A DNA stretch of 64,000 bases from Marvinbryantia sp. (lineage in GTDB: Bacteria > Bacillota > Clostridia > Lachnospirales > Lachnospiraceae): NCBI GenBank assembly GCA_016297895.1, contig JAEDFS010000001.1, positions 35,504 through 99,503 on the forward strand, given 5' to 3'. Position numbers and translations under genes: made by a program. This document shows positions 1 to 9,334 of the stretch, in pieces; position 1 is the stretch's first letter; the number at the start of each line of letters is the position of its first letter. Below the pieces are notes generated by a model. The model was not told the DNA's origin. It made no database searches and worked only from the letters and a program-made list of their open reading frames with translations.

Positions 1-179
1 AGTATGATACCACCACCTGGGAACCGCTGACGGAGATTGTAGAGGTTGAGGTGGAAGAGGAAGAGCCCAACAGGGAAAATGTCTATGGACAGGTTGCGCC
101 GCCGGAGCAGAGCGTGGATGTCGGCGTGGATGAAAATTACCTGGACGGTGTGACGGGAGAGGAACTTCAGCTGGAATAG
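1..179 (+). CDS. 3' end of a gene entering the window (acidic C-terminus; by position probably a class B PBP of the dcw cluster)
   Basis: Frame 3 open from the window start to TAG at 177-179: YDTTTWEPLTEIVEVEVEEEEPNRENVYGQ...LQLE*. Identity inferred from synteny only. Confidence 0.55.
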   Translation, partial: YDTTTWEPLTEIVEVEVEEEEPNRENVYGQVAPPEQSVDVGVDENYLDGVTGEELQLE

Positions 180-190
180 AGAAAGAGCAG

Positions 191-219
191 GAATATCCCT
201 TCGAAAGGATTCATAAATT
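191..219 (+). promoter_or_regulatory. candidate sigma-E (mother cell) promoter
   Basis: gaATA(193-195)-16 nt-CATAaatT(212-219) fits the sigma-E pattern ATa-N16-18-cATAcanT and lies upstream of a spoVD-like gene. Confidence 0.5.
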
Positions 220-257
220 GCAGTAAACTGCAATGGATGCCTTCGGAGGGATCTTTC

Positions 258-1997
258 GTGTTAAAGACCAAAATCTTTCATAAAAAGAAAGTGCTGACGG
301 TATTTCTGGTATGTGCAGCAGTGCTGATCTTTCTGATATTCCGTCTTGCAGACCTGATGCTGTTTGAGTCGGAGTATTATGCAAAAAAGGCTCAGGATCT
401 TCATGAGCGGGAGCGGGATATCAAGGCAGCCAGGGGAGAGATCCTGGATGCCTCGGGAAAGGTGCTGGCAGCAAACCGGACCGTCTGCACGATCTCTGTG
501 ATTCACAGTCAGATCGAGGAGCCGGAGGAAGTGATCCGTGTACTGTCTGAGAAACTGGAGATGGAGGAGGAAAAGATCCGGGCCAGGGTGGAAAAGCGAA
601 GCTCCATTGAGCGGATTAAAACCAATGTTTCCAAGGAAATCGGAGATCAGATCCGGGAATGTGATCTGGCCGGCGTGAAGGTGGATGAAGATTATAAACG
701 CTATTACCCTTTCGGAAGCCTGGCTTCCAAAGTCCTTGGCTTTACCGGAAGCGACAATCAGGGGATCATCGGACTGGAGGTTCAGTATGAGGAGATCCTG
801 AAAGGTACAGATGGAAAGATCCTTACCCTGACAGATGCCAGAGGCGTGGAGCTTCCCGAGGCGGGAGAGAGCCGCCTGGAACCGATAGCCGGAAATACGC
901 TGAAGATCAGCCTGGATGCCAATATCCAGAAGTTTGCGGAACAGGCGGCAGAAAAAGTTATGGAGAAAAAAAGTGCGGACAGGGTATCCATTCTCCTTAT
1001 GAACCCTCAAAACGGAGAGATCCTTGCCATGACCGATGTGCCGGAATTTGATCTGAACCAGCCATTTACACTGAATGTGGATACCACGGGGATGAGCGGG
1101 GAGGAAAAACAGGATGCCCTCAATCAGATGTGGAGAAACGGCTGTATCAATGATACCTATGAACCGGGATCCACTTTTAAGATCATTACCGCATCTGCAG
1201 GACTGGAAGAAGGGGTGGTAAGTCTCAATGACCACTTTTCCTGTCCGGGGTTTAAAATTGTGGAGGACAGAAAGATTCGCTGCCATAAGGTGGCTGGTCA
1301 CGGGGCGGAGACTTTTGTGCAGGGAGCACAGAATTCCTGTAATCCGGTATTTATTGAGATCGGTCTTCGACTGGGAGTGGAAAAATACTATGGATATTTT
1401 CAGCAGTTTGGTCTGCTGAATAAGACCGGAATCGATCTCCCGGGAGAGGCTTCCACGATCATGCATAAGATGGAGGATATGGGACAGGTGGAACTGGCCA
1501 CCGTATCCTTCGGACAGTCTTTTCAGATCACGCCCATCCAGCTGGCGTCCACCGTCAGCTCTCTGATCAACGGAGGAAGAAGGGTCACACCCCATTTTGG
1601 CACAGCGGTGTATGACAGTGAGGGTGCGCTGATCCGGAAGCTGGAGTTTCCGCTGGGGGACAGGATCCTGTCGGAAGAGACATCGAAGACTCTGGATTAT
1701 GTACTGGAGCAGGTAGTAGATGGGGGAAGCGGGAAAAATGCCTATCTGGAAGGGTATCATGTGGGCGGAAAGACGGCTACTTCCGAGACTCTGCCCAGAA
1801 GTGCCAACAGGTATATTTCTTCCTTTATCGGATTTGCACCGGCGGATGATCCACAGGTGCTGGGGCTCTGTGTGATCCATAATCCACAGGGAGTCTATTA
1901 CGGGGGAACGATCGCCGCACCGGTCATTCGGGAGATCTTTGAAAACATTCTGCCCTATCTGGGGCTGGAACCGGAGGAGAGCTCCGGTCAGGATTGA
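258..1997 (+). CDS. spoVD: class B penicillin-binding protein (SpoVD/FtsI family), no PASTA domains
   Basis: N-terminal TM; dimerisation domain (RGEILD, RYYP); transpeptidase motifs STFK, SCN, GGKTAT. GTG start at 258 after GGAGGG. Confidence 0.85.
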   Translation: MLKTKIFHKKKVLTVFLVCAAVLIFLIFRLADLMLFESEYYAKKAQDLHERERDIKAARGEILDASGKVLAANRTVCTISVIHSQIEEPEEVIRVLSEKLEMEEEKIRARVEKRSSIERIKTNVSKEIGDQIRECDLAGVKVDEDYKRYYPFGSLASKVLGFTGSDNQGIIGLEVQYEEILKGTDGKILTLTDARGVELPEAGESRLEPIAGNTLKISLDANIQKFAEQAAEKVMEKKSADRVSILLMNPQNGEILAMTDVPEFDLNQPFTLNVDTTGMSGEEKQDALNQMWRNGCINDTYEPGSTFKIITASAGLEEGVVSLNDHFSCPGFKIVEDRKIRCHKVAGHGAETFVQGAQNSCNPVFIEIGLRLGVEKYYGYFQQFGLLNKTGIDLPGEASTIMHKMEDMGQVELATVSFGQSFQITPIQLASTVSSLINGGRRVTPHFGTAVYDSEGALIRKLEFPLGDRILSEETSKTLDYVLEQVVDGGSGKNAYLEGYHVGGKTATSETLPRSANRYISSFIGFAPADDPQVLGLCVIHNPQGVYYGGTIAAPVIREIFENILPYLGLEPEESSGQD

Positions 1998-2040
1998 ATG
2001 CTCTTTTGCGGCTGGACAGGGCGGAGAAAATAAGTTTTAG

Positions 2041-2069
2041 TTGCTTAATAGAACAAAAAGACGTATAAT
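2041..2069 (+). promoter_or_regulatory. sigma-A promoter of mraY
   Basis: TTGCTT-17 nt-TATAAT. Confidence 0.6.
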
Positions 2070-2101
2070 TTATAATATGGTCTTTTTGAGAGGAGAACAA
2101 T

Positions 2102-3061
2102 ATGATAAGTATAGAAATCGTAATATCTTTGCTGACCGCATTTGCCATCAGCGTGTTGTTAAGCCCCTTTGTCATACCCTTTCTTCGAAAACTGAAGGTG
2201 GGACAGACAGAGAGGACGGAAGGAGTACAGTCCCATCTGAAAAAAGCGGGAACTCCCACCATGGGCGGACTGATTATTCTCATCAGTATTCTTGTCACGT
2301 CCCTGCTGTTTATAGGAAGATATCCCAGGATCATTCCTGTGTTATTCCTTACCCTTGGTTTTGGGATCATCGGTTTTCTGGATGATTACCTGAAGGTGGT
2401 GCTGAGACGGTCTGACGGCCTCTTTCCCAAACAGAAGTTTCTTCTTCAGGTCGTGGTGACAACCGTGTTCGTGATCTACATACTGGTGGTAGATCCGGAA
2501 TGCCTGGTAATGATGCTGCCTTTCACCGGCGGGATGTATTTTGACTGTAAATGGATCACGGTGCCGCTGGTGTACCTGGTGGTGCTGGGTACCGTAAACG
2601 GTGTGAATTTTACCGATGGACTGGACGGGCTGGCTACGGGGGTTACAACCATGGTAGCTGTCTTTTTCACCATTGTTTCCATCGGAGCAGGAGCCGGAAT
2701 CGAGCCGATCACTGCAGCAGTGACCGGAGCCCTTCTCGGATTCCTTATGTTCAATGCCCATCCGGCAAAAGTGTTTATGGGGGATACAGGCTCCCTGGCC
2801 CTGGGCGGATTTGTGGCAGGTACAGCCTATGTGCTTCAGATTCCGATCCTGATTCCGGTATTCGGGTTCATCTATATGGTGGAAGTGATATCTGTGATGA
2901 TACAGGTTACTTATTTTAAGAAAACAGGTGGAAAGCGTTTCTTTAAAATGGCGCCGATCCATCATCATTTTGAACTTTGCGGATGGTCCGAGACACAGAT
3001 CGTTACGCTGTTCACAGTCGTGACAGCGCTTCTTTGCATGATCTGTCTCCTGGGACTGTAG
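2102..3061 (+). CDS. mraY: phospho-N-acetylmuramoyl-pentapeptide transferase
   Basis: KAGTPTMGG, GFLDD, VNFTDGLDGL, FMGDTGS, MAPIHHHFEL motifs; multi-TM. Confidence 0.97.
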   Translation: MISIEIVISLLTAFAISVLLSPFVIPFLRKLKVGQTERTEGVQSHLKKAGTPTMGGLIILISILVTSLLFIGRYPRIIPVLFLTLGFGIIGFLDDYLKVVLRRSDGLFPKQKFLLQVVVTTVFVIYILVVDPECLVMMLPFTGGMYFDCKWITVPLVYLVVLGTVNGVNFTDGLDGLATGVTTMVAVFFTIVSIGAGAGIEPITAAVTGALLGFLMFNAHPAKVFMGDTGSLALGGFVAGTAYVLQIPILIPVFGFIYMVEVISVMIQVTYFKKTGGKRFFKMAPIHHHFELCGWSETQIVTLFTVVTALLCMICLLGL

Positions 3062-3085
3062 ACTGAAATATTCGGAGGTACTGTT

Positions 3086-4450
3086 ATGGAGTTACAGAAT
3101 AAAAAAGTACTGGTATTTGGCTCAGGAATCAGCGGGATCGCAGCGGTCAGTCTCCTGGAAAAGCAGGGAGCATTTCCGGTATTGTTTGATGGAAACCGGG
3201 AACTGACAGAAGAGGGGATCCGTTCAAAGCTGGAGGAAGGAAGCAGGGCGGAGATCGTGATCGGGGAGCTTTCAGAAGAGATCCTGGACACTCTTTCTCT
3301 TGCAGTATTAAGTCCCGGAGTTCCCACAGATATTCCTCTGGTAAACCAGATGCGGGATAAGGGAATTCCTGTCTGGGGAGAGATCGAACTGGCCTATACC
3401 TGTGGAAAGGGCGATGTACTGGCTGTGACCGGAACCAACGGAAAGACCACCACGACCAGCCTTTTGGGAGCAATCATGCAGCATGCCCGGGAGTCCGCAT
3501 TTATTGTGGGGAATATCGGAATCCCCTATACCCAGGTGGTTGAAAAGACCAGGGAGGATTCGGTAACGGTTGCGGAGATCAGCAGCTTTCAGCTGGAAAC
3601 GATCGACAGCTTCCGCCCCCGTGTCAGTGCAATCTTAAATATTACGCCGGATCACCTGAACCGTCACCATACCATGGAAGAATACATAAGGGTGAAAGAA
3701 CTGATCACAAAGAATCAGACGCCGGAAGACACCTGCGTATTGAATTATGAAGATGAGGTGCTGCGGGAGTTCGGAAAACATCTGAACTGCAGGGTCATAT
3801 TTTTCAGCAGCCTGCGTACACTAGAAAAAGGCATCTATTTAAATGGAGAAGTGATCGAATACAATGACGGAGAAAGGATCACAAAGATCTGCAGTACAAA
3901 GGAACTGAACCTTCCGGGACGCCACAATCATGAAAATGTGATGGCAGCGACGGCAATGGCTCTGGCCTATGGTGTAAGTCCTGCAGAGATTTATGAGGTG
4001 CTGATCCGTTTTAAGGCGGTGGAGCACCGTATTGAGTATGTGACAGAGATCAATGGAGTGGTGTATTACAACGATTCCAAGGGAACGAATCCGGATGCAG
4101 CGATCAAGGGAATCCAGGCTATGGACCGGCCGACACTGCTGATCGGAGGCGGATATGACAAACAATCCTCCTATGAGGAATGGATCAAAGCCTTTGACGG
4201 AAAAGTGCGGTATCTGGTGCTTCTGGGACAGACCAGAGAGAAAATCGCAGAGACAGCAAGAGCCTGTGGATTTACAGATATTGTAATGACTGACAGTCTG
4301 GAGGAGGCAGTGCAGTTCTGTGCGGATCATGCGAATCCCGGAGATGCCGTGCTGCTGTCACCGGCCTGTGCAAGCTGGGGCATGTTCCCCAATTATGAAG
4401 TCCGCGGAAAGATGTTCAAGGAACTGGTACACGGACTGGAAAAGAAATAG
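3086..4450 (+). CDS. murD: UDP-N-acetylmuramoyl-L-alanine--D-glutamate ligase
   Basis: SPGVP, AVTGTNGKTTT, EISSFQLE, DHLNRH, NDSKGTN, LSPACASW motifs. Confidence 0.97.
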   Translation: MELQNKKVLVFGSGISGIAAVSLLEKQGAFPVLFDGNRELTEEGIRSKLEEGSRAEIVIGELSEEILDTLSLAVLSPGVPTDIPLVNQMRDKGIPVWGEIELAYTCGKGDVLAVTGTNGKTTTTSLLGAIMQHARESAFIVGNIGIPYTQVVEKTREDSVTVAEISSFQLETIDSFRPRVSAILNITPDHLNRHHTMEEYIRVKELITKNQTPEDTCVLNYEDEVLREFGKHLNCRVIFFSSLRTLEKGIYLNGEVIEYNDGERITKICSTKELNLPGRHNHENVMAATAMALAYGVSPAEIYEVLIRFKAVEHRIEYVTEINGVVYYNDSKGTNPDAAIKGIQAMDRPTLLIGGGYDKQSSYEEWIKAFDGKVRYLVLLGQTREKIAETARACGFTDIVMTDSLEEAVQFCADHANPGDAVLLSPACASWGMFPNYEVRGKMFKELVHGLEKK

Positions 4451-4477
4451 GGTAATCAGATTGCAGGGAGTGATCGT

Positions 4478-5551
4478 TTGAAGCAAAAACGGCAGGACCT
4501 TACCTTGCAGATAATAGTGATGATCCTGGTCGTGTTCGGCCTGATCACTCTTGGCAGTACAAGTGCTTATAACGGACAGGTGAGATTCGGAGATTCCGGG
4601 TATTATTTCAAAAAACAGCTGTTTGCCGCCCTGCTTGGGCTGGCAGCCATGTTTCTGATATCCAGAATGGATTATCACCTGTTTGCACGTTTTGCAGGAG
4701 CCGGATATCTTCTGTCCCTGATTCTGTCGGCAGCAGTTCTCCTGGTAGGAGATTCCTATAACGGGTCGAAGCGCTGGCTGTCTTTGGGACCGTTATCTTT
4801 TCAGCCTTCGGAATTTGCAAAACCGGCGGTGATCCTCTTTCTGGCTTATACAGTCGGATGCCGTCAGAAAAAACAGAGGGGAATGCTGTCTCTGATGATG
4901 ACGATTTTCATGGTCCTTCCCATTGTGGGTCTGGTGGGAACCAATAATCTGAGCACAGCCATCATTATTCTTGGAATTGCAGTGGTGCTGGCTTTTGTAT
5001 CCAATCCCCGATATCTGCCTTTTATCTGGATCGGCCTGACAGGAATCGGATTTGTCGGAGTGTTTCTGGGGATGGAACAATATCGCCTGGAACGGCTGGC
5101 GATCTGGAGAGATCCGGAGAGTTATGAAAAAGGGTTTCAGACCATTCAGGGTCTTTACGCCATCGGTTCCGGCGGTCTGTTCGGAAGAGGACTGGGAGAG
5201 AGTATCCAGAAGCTTGGATTTGTTCCGGAGGCGCAGAATGATATGATCTTTTCTGTGATCTGTGAGGAACTGGGGCTTACCGGGGCGATCCTGCTTCTGA
5301 TCGTATTTCTTCTGATGCTGTGGAGATTTATGGTGATCGCTGTTCATGCACCGGATCTGTTTGGCACTTTGATCTGTGCCGGAATCATGGGACATATTGC
5401 GATCCAGGTCATACTGAATGTAGCGGTCGTGACCAATACCATTCCCAATACGGGAATCACCCTGCCATTTATCAGCTACGGAGGGACTTCCGTACTGTTT
5501 CTCCTGGCGGAGATGGGGCTGGCATTGAGTGTCAGCAGGTGGCAAAAATAG
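4478..5551 (+). CDS. ftsW: SEDS family peptidoglycan glycosyltransferase (FtsW/SpoVE)
   Basis: RWL..G..SFQPSEFAK, PEAQNDMIF, PNTGITLPFISYGGTS motifs; TTG start. Confidence 0.92.
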   Translation: MKQKRQDLTLQIIVMILVVFGLITLGSTSAYNGQVRFGDSGYYFKKQLFAALLGLAAMFLISRMDYHLFARFAGAGYLLSLILSAAVLLVGDSYNGSKRWLSLGPLSFQPSEFAKPAVILFLAYTVGCRQKKQRGMLSLMMTIFMVLPIVGLVGTNNLSTAIIILGIAVVLAFVSNPRYLPFIWIGLTGIGFVGVFLGMEQYRLERLAIWRDPESYEKGFQTIQGLYAIGSGGLFGRGLGESIQKLGFVPEAQNDMIFSVICEELGLTGAILLLIVFLLMLWRFMVIAVHAPDLFGTLICAGIMGHIAIQVILNVAVVTNTIPNTGITLPFISYGGTSVLFLLAEMGLALSVSRWQK

Positions 5552-5604
5552 GAATCCTGCATATAGTAAGTTATGACTCTTTGAATGCGGCAGGAGGAGT
5601 TGGG

Positions 5605-6852
5605 GTGTCCAGAATACAGATCGCAGGGGGAATTCCGCTTAAGGGAGAAGTCAGGATACAGGGGTCGAAAAATGCAGCACTTCCGCTGATGGCAGCATCT
5701 GTTCTTCATCAGGGAAAAACGATATTACATAACTGTCCGGATATCCTGGATGTGGAATATATGTCGGAAATACTGAGAGAACTGGGATGCACCGTCCTGC
5801 GCAGGTCGGATACTCTTGTAATCGATGCAGCCAATCTGTGCCGATACCGGATTACGGAGACCTATGCAACCAGACTGAGGGCCTCGGTTATTCTTCTGGG
5901 CAGTCTTCTGGGACGTAAGGGACAGGTGGAAATACCTTATCCCGGCGGATGTTCCATTGGGACGCGGCCCATTGATCTTCATATCCGGGCGCTGGAACAA
6001 CTGGGAGCCATAACGGAAACCAGGGAGAACAGGATCTTTTTATCATCCAAAAGACTTTCAGGAGCGGAAATACAGTTTCCCTTTCCCAGTGTAGGAGCGA
6101 CGGAAAACGGGATCCTGGCAGCCGTTCTGGCAGAGGGGGATACAAAGCTTTGCGGATGTGCCACGGAGCCGGAGATCGGGGAACTCTGTGCGTTCCTCAG
6201 GCAGAAAGGTGCGCAGATCGAGGTGGACGGCGGGAATGTGACGATACATGGTCGGGCGAGGCTTCAGGATTCGGAGTATACCCTGATGCCGGACCGTATC
6301 GTGGCCGGAACCTATCTCTGTGCGGCAGCGGGGACGAGAGGAAACGTGGTGCTCAGAAATGCTGTGCCGGAACATCTTCTGGCACCCATTGAGATTCTGA
6401 AAAAGACAGGAGCACTGATAGAGACGGGGGAAGACTGGATACAGATCGACGGCACCGCAGCAGAACATTCGGTGGAATATATGGAGACCGCTCCTTATCC
6501 AGGGTTTCCCACAGATCTTCAGTCACAGCTGATGGCAGTGCTCACGGAGGCGGAAGGAATCAGCATCATTCGGGAAAACGTGTTTGATTCCAGATTTCAG
6601 ACAGCCGAAGAACTGAAAAAAATGGGTGCAGAGATCAGAACCGAGCATGGAATGGCCCAAATTGCAGGGCCGGCAAAGCTTCAGGGCGCAGAAGTGATAT
6701 CCAGGGATCTGCGGGGAGGAGCAGCATTGGTGATTGCCGGGCTGATGGCATCCGGAACGACGGTTGTGGATGGCTGTCATCTGATCGACAGAGGATATGT
6801 AAATATATGCAGGGATCTGAAAAGTCTGGGAGCCGGAATCGTCAGATCCTGA
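5605..6852 (+). CDS. murA: UDP-N-acetylglucosamine 1-carboxyvinyltransferase
   Basis: GSKNAALP, PGGCSIGTRPIDLH (catalytic Cys), PYPGFPTDLQ, DLRGGAAL. GTG start at 5605 after GGAGGAG; the ORF-track start at 5320 overlaps ftsW. Confidence 0.94.
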   Translation: MSRIQIAGGIPLKGEVRIQGSKNAALPLMAASVLHQGKTILHNCPDILDVEYMSEILRELGCTVLRRSDTLVIDAANLCRYRITETYATRLRASVILLGSLLGRKGQVEIPYPGGCSIGTRPIDLHIRALEQLGAITETRENRIFLSSKRLSGAEIQFPFPSVGATENGILAAVLAEGDTKLCGCATEPEIGELCAFLRQKGAQIEVDGGNVTIHGRARLQDSEYTLMPDRIVAGTYLCAAAGTRGNVVLRNAVPEHLLAPIEILKKTGALIETGEDWIQIDGTAAEHSVEYMETAPYPGFPTDLQSQLMAVLTEAEGISIIRENVFDSRFQTAEELKKMGAEIRTEHGMAQIAGPAKLQGAEVISRDLRGGAALVIAGLMASGTTVVDGCHLIDRGYVNICRDLKSLGAGIVRS

Positions 6853-6869
6853 GAAAAGAGGAGTAAACG

Positions 6870-7934
6870 ATGCAGCTGCAAATGAGAAAGAAAAAGAATT
6901 TTCTGAAATTACCTTTTTTGGTTTTTGTGGGAGTCCTGGTGGCGGGACTGGCGATCATTTTCGGTCTGTTCCATGTGCGTCAGGTGGATGTAATCGGAAA
7001 TGAATTTTATTCTGCGGAAGAAATACAGAAGATGGTGATGTCAGATTCTCTGGGGGAAAATTCCATATATCTTACCTGGAAATACAGCCAGCCGGATGCA
7101 GCGGAGAATCTGCCATTCTTAAGCGGAGTGGAAGTGAGCATGGTAAATCCCTATCATGTGCAGATCAAAGTCTATGAGAAGATCATTGTTGGATATTTTA
7201 TGTATTCCGGTTCTATGGTGTATTTTGATAAAGATGGAATCGTAGTGGAGATCTCCCAGGAGCAGAGGGAGGGAATTCCGCCTTATTCCGGAATCTCCAT
7301 CGGTCAGCCGGTGGTCTCCCAGGCAATTCCGGTAGCCGATGAGGCGTTCCTTCGGGACATTATTGAGGCGGCAGCACTGATCAGACAGAGCGGTCTGGAG
7401 CCGTTGGAAGTTCACTACGATGACAAACAGCAGCTGATTCTGTATTTCAGGAATAACCGGGTCATACTGGGTGATAATTCTTATCTGGAAGAAAAACTGT
7501 CCAATCTGAAGGCACTCTTTTCCCAGATGGAGGAACTGTCAGGAACTCTGCATATGGAAAACTATGATTCTTCCACGACCAGAATTTCCTTCAAAGTCGG
7601 TGAAAAAGGGGAGGAAGAGCTGCTTCTGGATCTGAACAAACCGGCAGGTGAACAGGAGACGGATACCGGCGGTGAGGGAGAAAACGGAGAAGGAGAGACC
7701 GAAAGCGGGGAAAGCACAGGGCCCGATGAGGACGGAAAGTGGGGAGATTCCGGTTATGTGGAGGATCCCAGCCGGATCACCACCGACGCAGACGGCAACC
7801 AGATGTATACGGATGAACAGGGAAATGTGACCTATGATATGAGCATGCAGTATCTGGGGGATGACGGGCAGGTGATCTCGGACGGATACGGACATATCGA
7901 TCCTTATACAGGGGCGTATATTTTGAATCAATAA
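6870..7934 (+). CDS. ftsQ: cell division protein FtsQ/DivIB with long acidic C-terminal extension
   Basis: Short basic N-tail, single TM, POTRA-like start (V.V.GNEFYS.EEI), VYEK..VGY and YFDKDG.VV motifs; between murA and ftsZ. Confidence 0.8.
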   Translation: MQLQMRKKKNFLKLPFLVFVGVLVAGLAIIFGLFHVRQVDVIGNEFYSAEEIQKMVMSDSLGENSIYLTWKYSQPDAAENLPFLSGVEVSMVNPYHVQIKVYEKIIVGYFMYSGSMVYFDKDGIVVEISQEQREGIPPYSGISIGQPVVSQAIPVADEAFLRDIIEAAALIRQSGLEPLEVHYDDKQQLILYFRNNRVILGDNSYLEEKLSNLKALFSQMEELSGTLHMENYDSSTTRISFKVGEKGEEELLLDLNKPAGEQETDTGGEGENGEGETESGESTGPDEDGKWGDSGYVEDPSRITTDADGNQMYTDEQGNVTYDMSMQYLGDDGQVISDGYGHIDPYTGAYILNQ

Positions 7935-8027
7935 AGAAAACTCTTGATTAATTGAGGAAAAAGCTTTATTATAGAAGAAATAGTGGGATTAGACGGTCCT
8001 TTGGAAGGACAAGAAGGAGGAACTACC

Positions 8028-9206
8028 TTGTTAGAGATTATGTCAAATGAAGCGGAAGCTGCTGCTAAGATTATCGTAATCGGTGTAGGCGGGGCTGGTA
8101 ATAACGCAGTCAATAGAATGGTGGACGAGACGATCGCCGGTGTGGAATTTATCGGAGTGAATACAGATAAACAGGCTTTGGATCTTTGCAGAGCACCTCA
8201 TACGATCCAGATCGGTGAAAAAGTGACAAAGGGACTCGGCGCAGGTGCAAAGCCTCAGGTTGGCCAGCAGGCAGCTGAGGAGAGCGCAGAAGAGATCAAG
8301 CAGGCGATCCAGGGGGCAGATATGGTATTTGTTACCTGCGGTATGGGCGGCGGAACAGGTACAGGAGCCGCACCGGTGGTAGCGGGAATTGCAAAAGAGA
8401 TGGGGATCCTGACGGTAGGTGTTGTGACAAAGCCGTTCCGTTTTGAGGCAAAGACGAGAATGAACAATGCCCTGGCAGGAATTGAAAAGCTGAAAGACAA
8501 TGTAGATACTCTGATCGTGATCCCAAATGACAAGCTGCTTGAGATCGTGGACAGAAGAACAACGATGCCGGAGGCACTGAAGAAAGCCGATGAAGTTCTT
8601 CAGCAGGCAGTTCAGGGAATCACAGACCTGATCAATCTGCCGGCACTGATCAATCTGGATTTTGCAGATGTGCAGACCGTTATGACGGATAAGGGAATCG
8701 CCCATATCGGTATTGGACAGGCCAAGGGTGATGATAAGGCTCTGGAAGCTGTAAAACAGGCAGTTGCCAGCCCGCTTCTTGAGACAACCATCAGTGGAGC
8801 TTCCCATGTGATCATCAATATTTCCGGAGATATTTCTCTGATGGATGCCAATGATGCTGCAAGCTATGTGCAGGAGATGGCGGGTGAGAATGCCAATATT
8901 ATCTTTGGTGCGATGTACGATGATACCTATGCGGATGAGGCAAGCATTACTGTCATCGCTACCGGATTGTCAGATAAGGCGCAGCCGGAAGAGACTGAGA
9001 CCAAAAAGAGCTCAGCAGCAAAACGGATCGTACCGGAGTTTACTTATCCGACAGGAAATCAGGCAAACAGTGCGCCTTCTTTCCGTATGCCGACTCCTCT
9101 GGCAGGAATCAACAATACACAGCCTTCTTCAGGCAAGCTGAGAACACCGGAAAGTAAAGTTCAGGAAAGGGATATTCAGATCCCGGATTTCTTAAAGAGA
9201 AGATAG
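8028..9206 (+). CDS. ftsZ: cell division protein FtsZ
   Basis: [27 protein letters not shown]-terminal [14 protein letters not shown] start at 8028 after GGAGG. Confidence 0.98.
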   Translation: MLEIMSNEAEAAAKIIVIGVGGAGNNAVNRMVDETIAGVEFIGVNTDKQALDLCRAPHTIQIGEKVTKGLGAGAKPQVGQQAAEESAEEIKQAIQGADMVFVTCGMGGGTGTGAAPVVAGIAKEMGILTVGVVTKPFRFEAKTRMNNALAGIEKLKDNVDTLIVIPNDKLLEIVDRRTTMPEALKKADEVLQQAVQGITDLINLPALINLDFADVQTVMTDKGIAHIGIGQAKGDDKALEAVKQAVASPLLETTISGASHVIINISGDISLMDANDAASYVQEMAGENANIIFGAMYDDTYADEASITVIATGLSDKAQPEETETKKSSAAKRIVPEFTYPTGNQANSAPSFRMPTPLAGINNTQPSSGKLRTPESKVQERDIQIPDFLKRR

Positions 9207-9220
9207 TGACACTTATGAGG

Positions 9221-9247
9221 GAGGCTGTTGTATTGCAGCCTCTTTTT
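9221..9247 (+). terminator. intrinsic terminator after ftsZ
   Basis: GAGGCTG-ttgtattg-CAGCCTC followed by a T run. Confidence 0.7.
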
Positions 9248-9334
9248 CCCATCGTATAGGAGGTTGGTTTGCGCCTATGGGATGGAAAGCCCTGCGGGCG
9301 TTCGATTTGAATGGGAGAGAGAAGGGAAAGAGAA

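Noticed and set aside
261..1880. 539-aa antisense ORF over spoVD; likewise 36052-38016 (654 aa), 40507-41814 and many shorter ones
   Set aside because: Shadow frames of well-supported genes; no recognisable motifs; explained by sense-strand codon bias.
5320..5604. Long N-terminal extensions in the ORF track (murA, ftsZ, glcK, livK, pyrF, eda)
   Set aside because: Longest-ORF artefacts; better RBS-linked starts lie downstream.
9207..9334. c-di-AMP or c-di-GMP riboswitch before the amidase
   Set aside because: Conserved aptamer motifs not recognisable on the coding strand.
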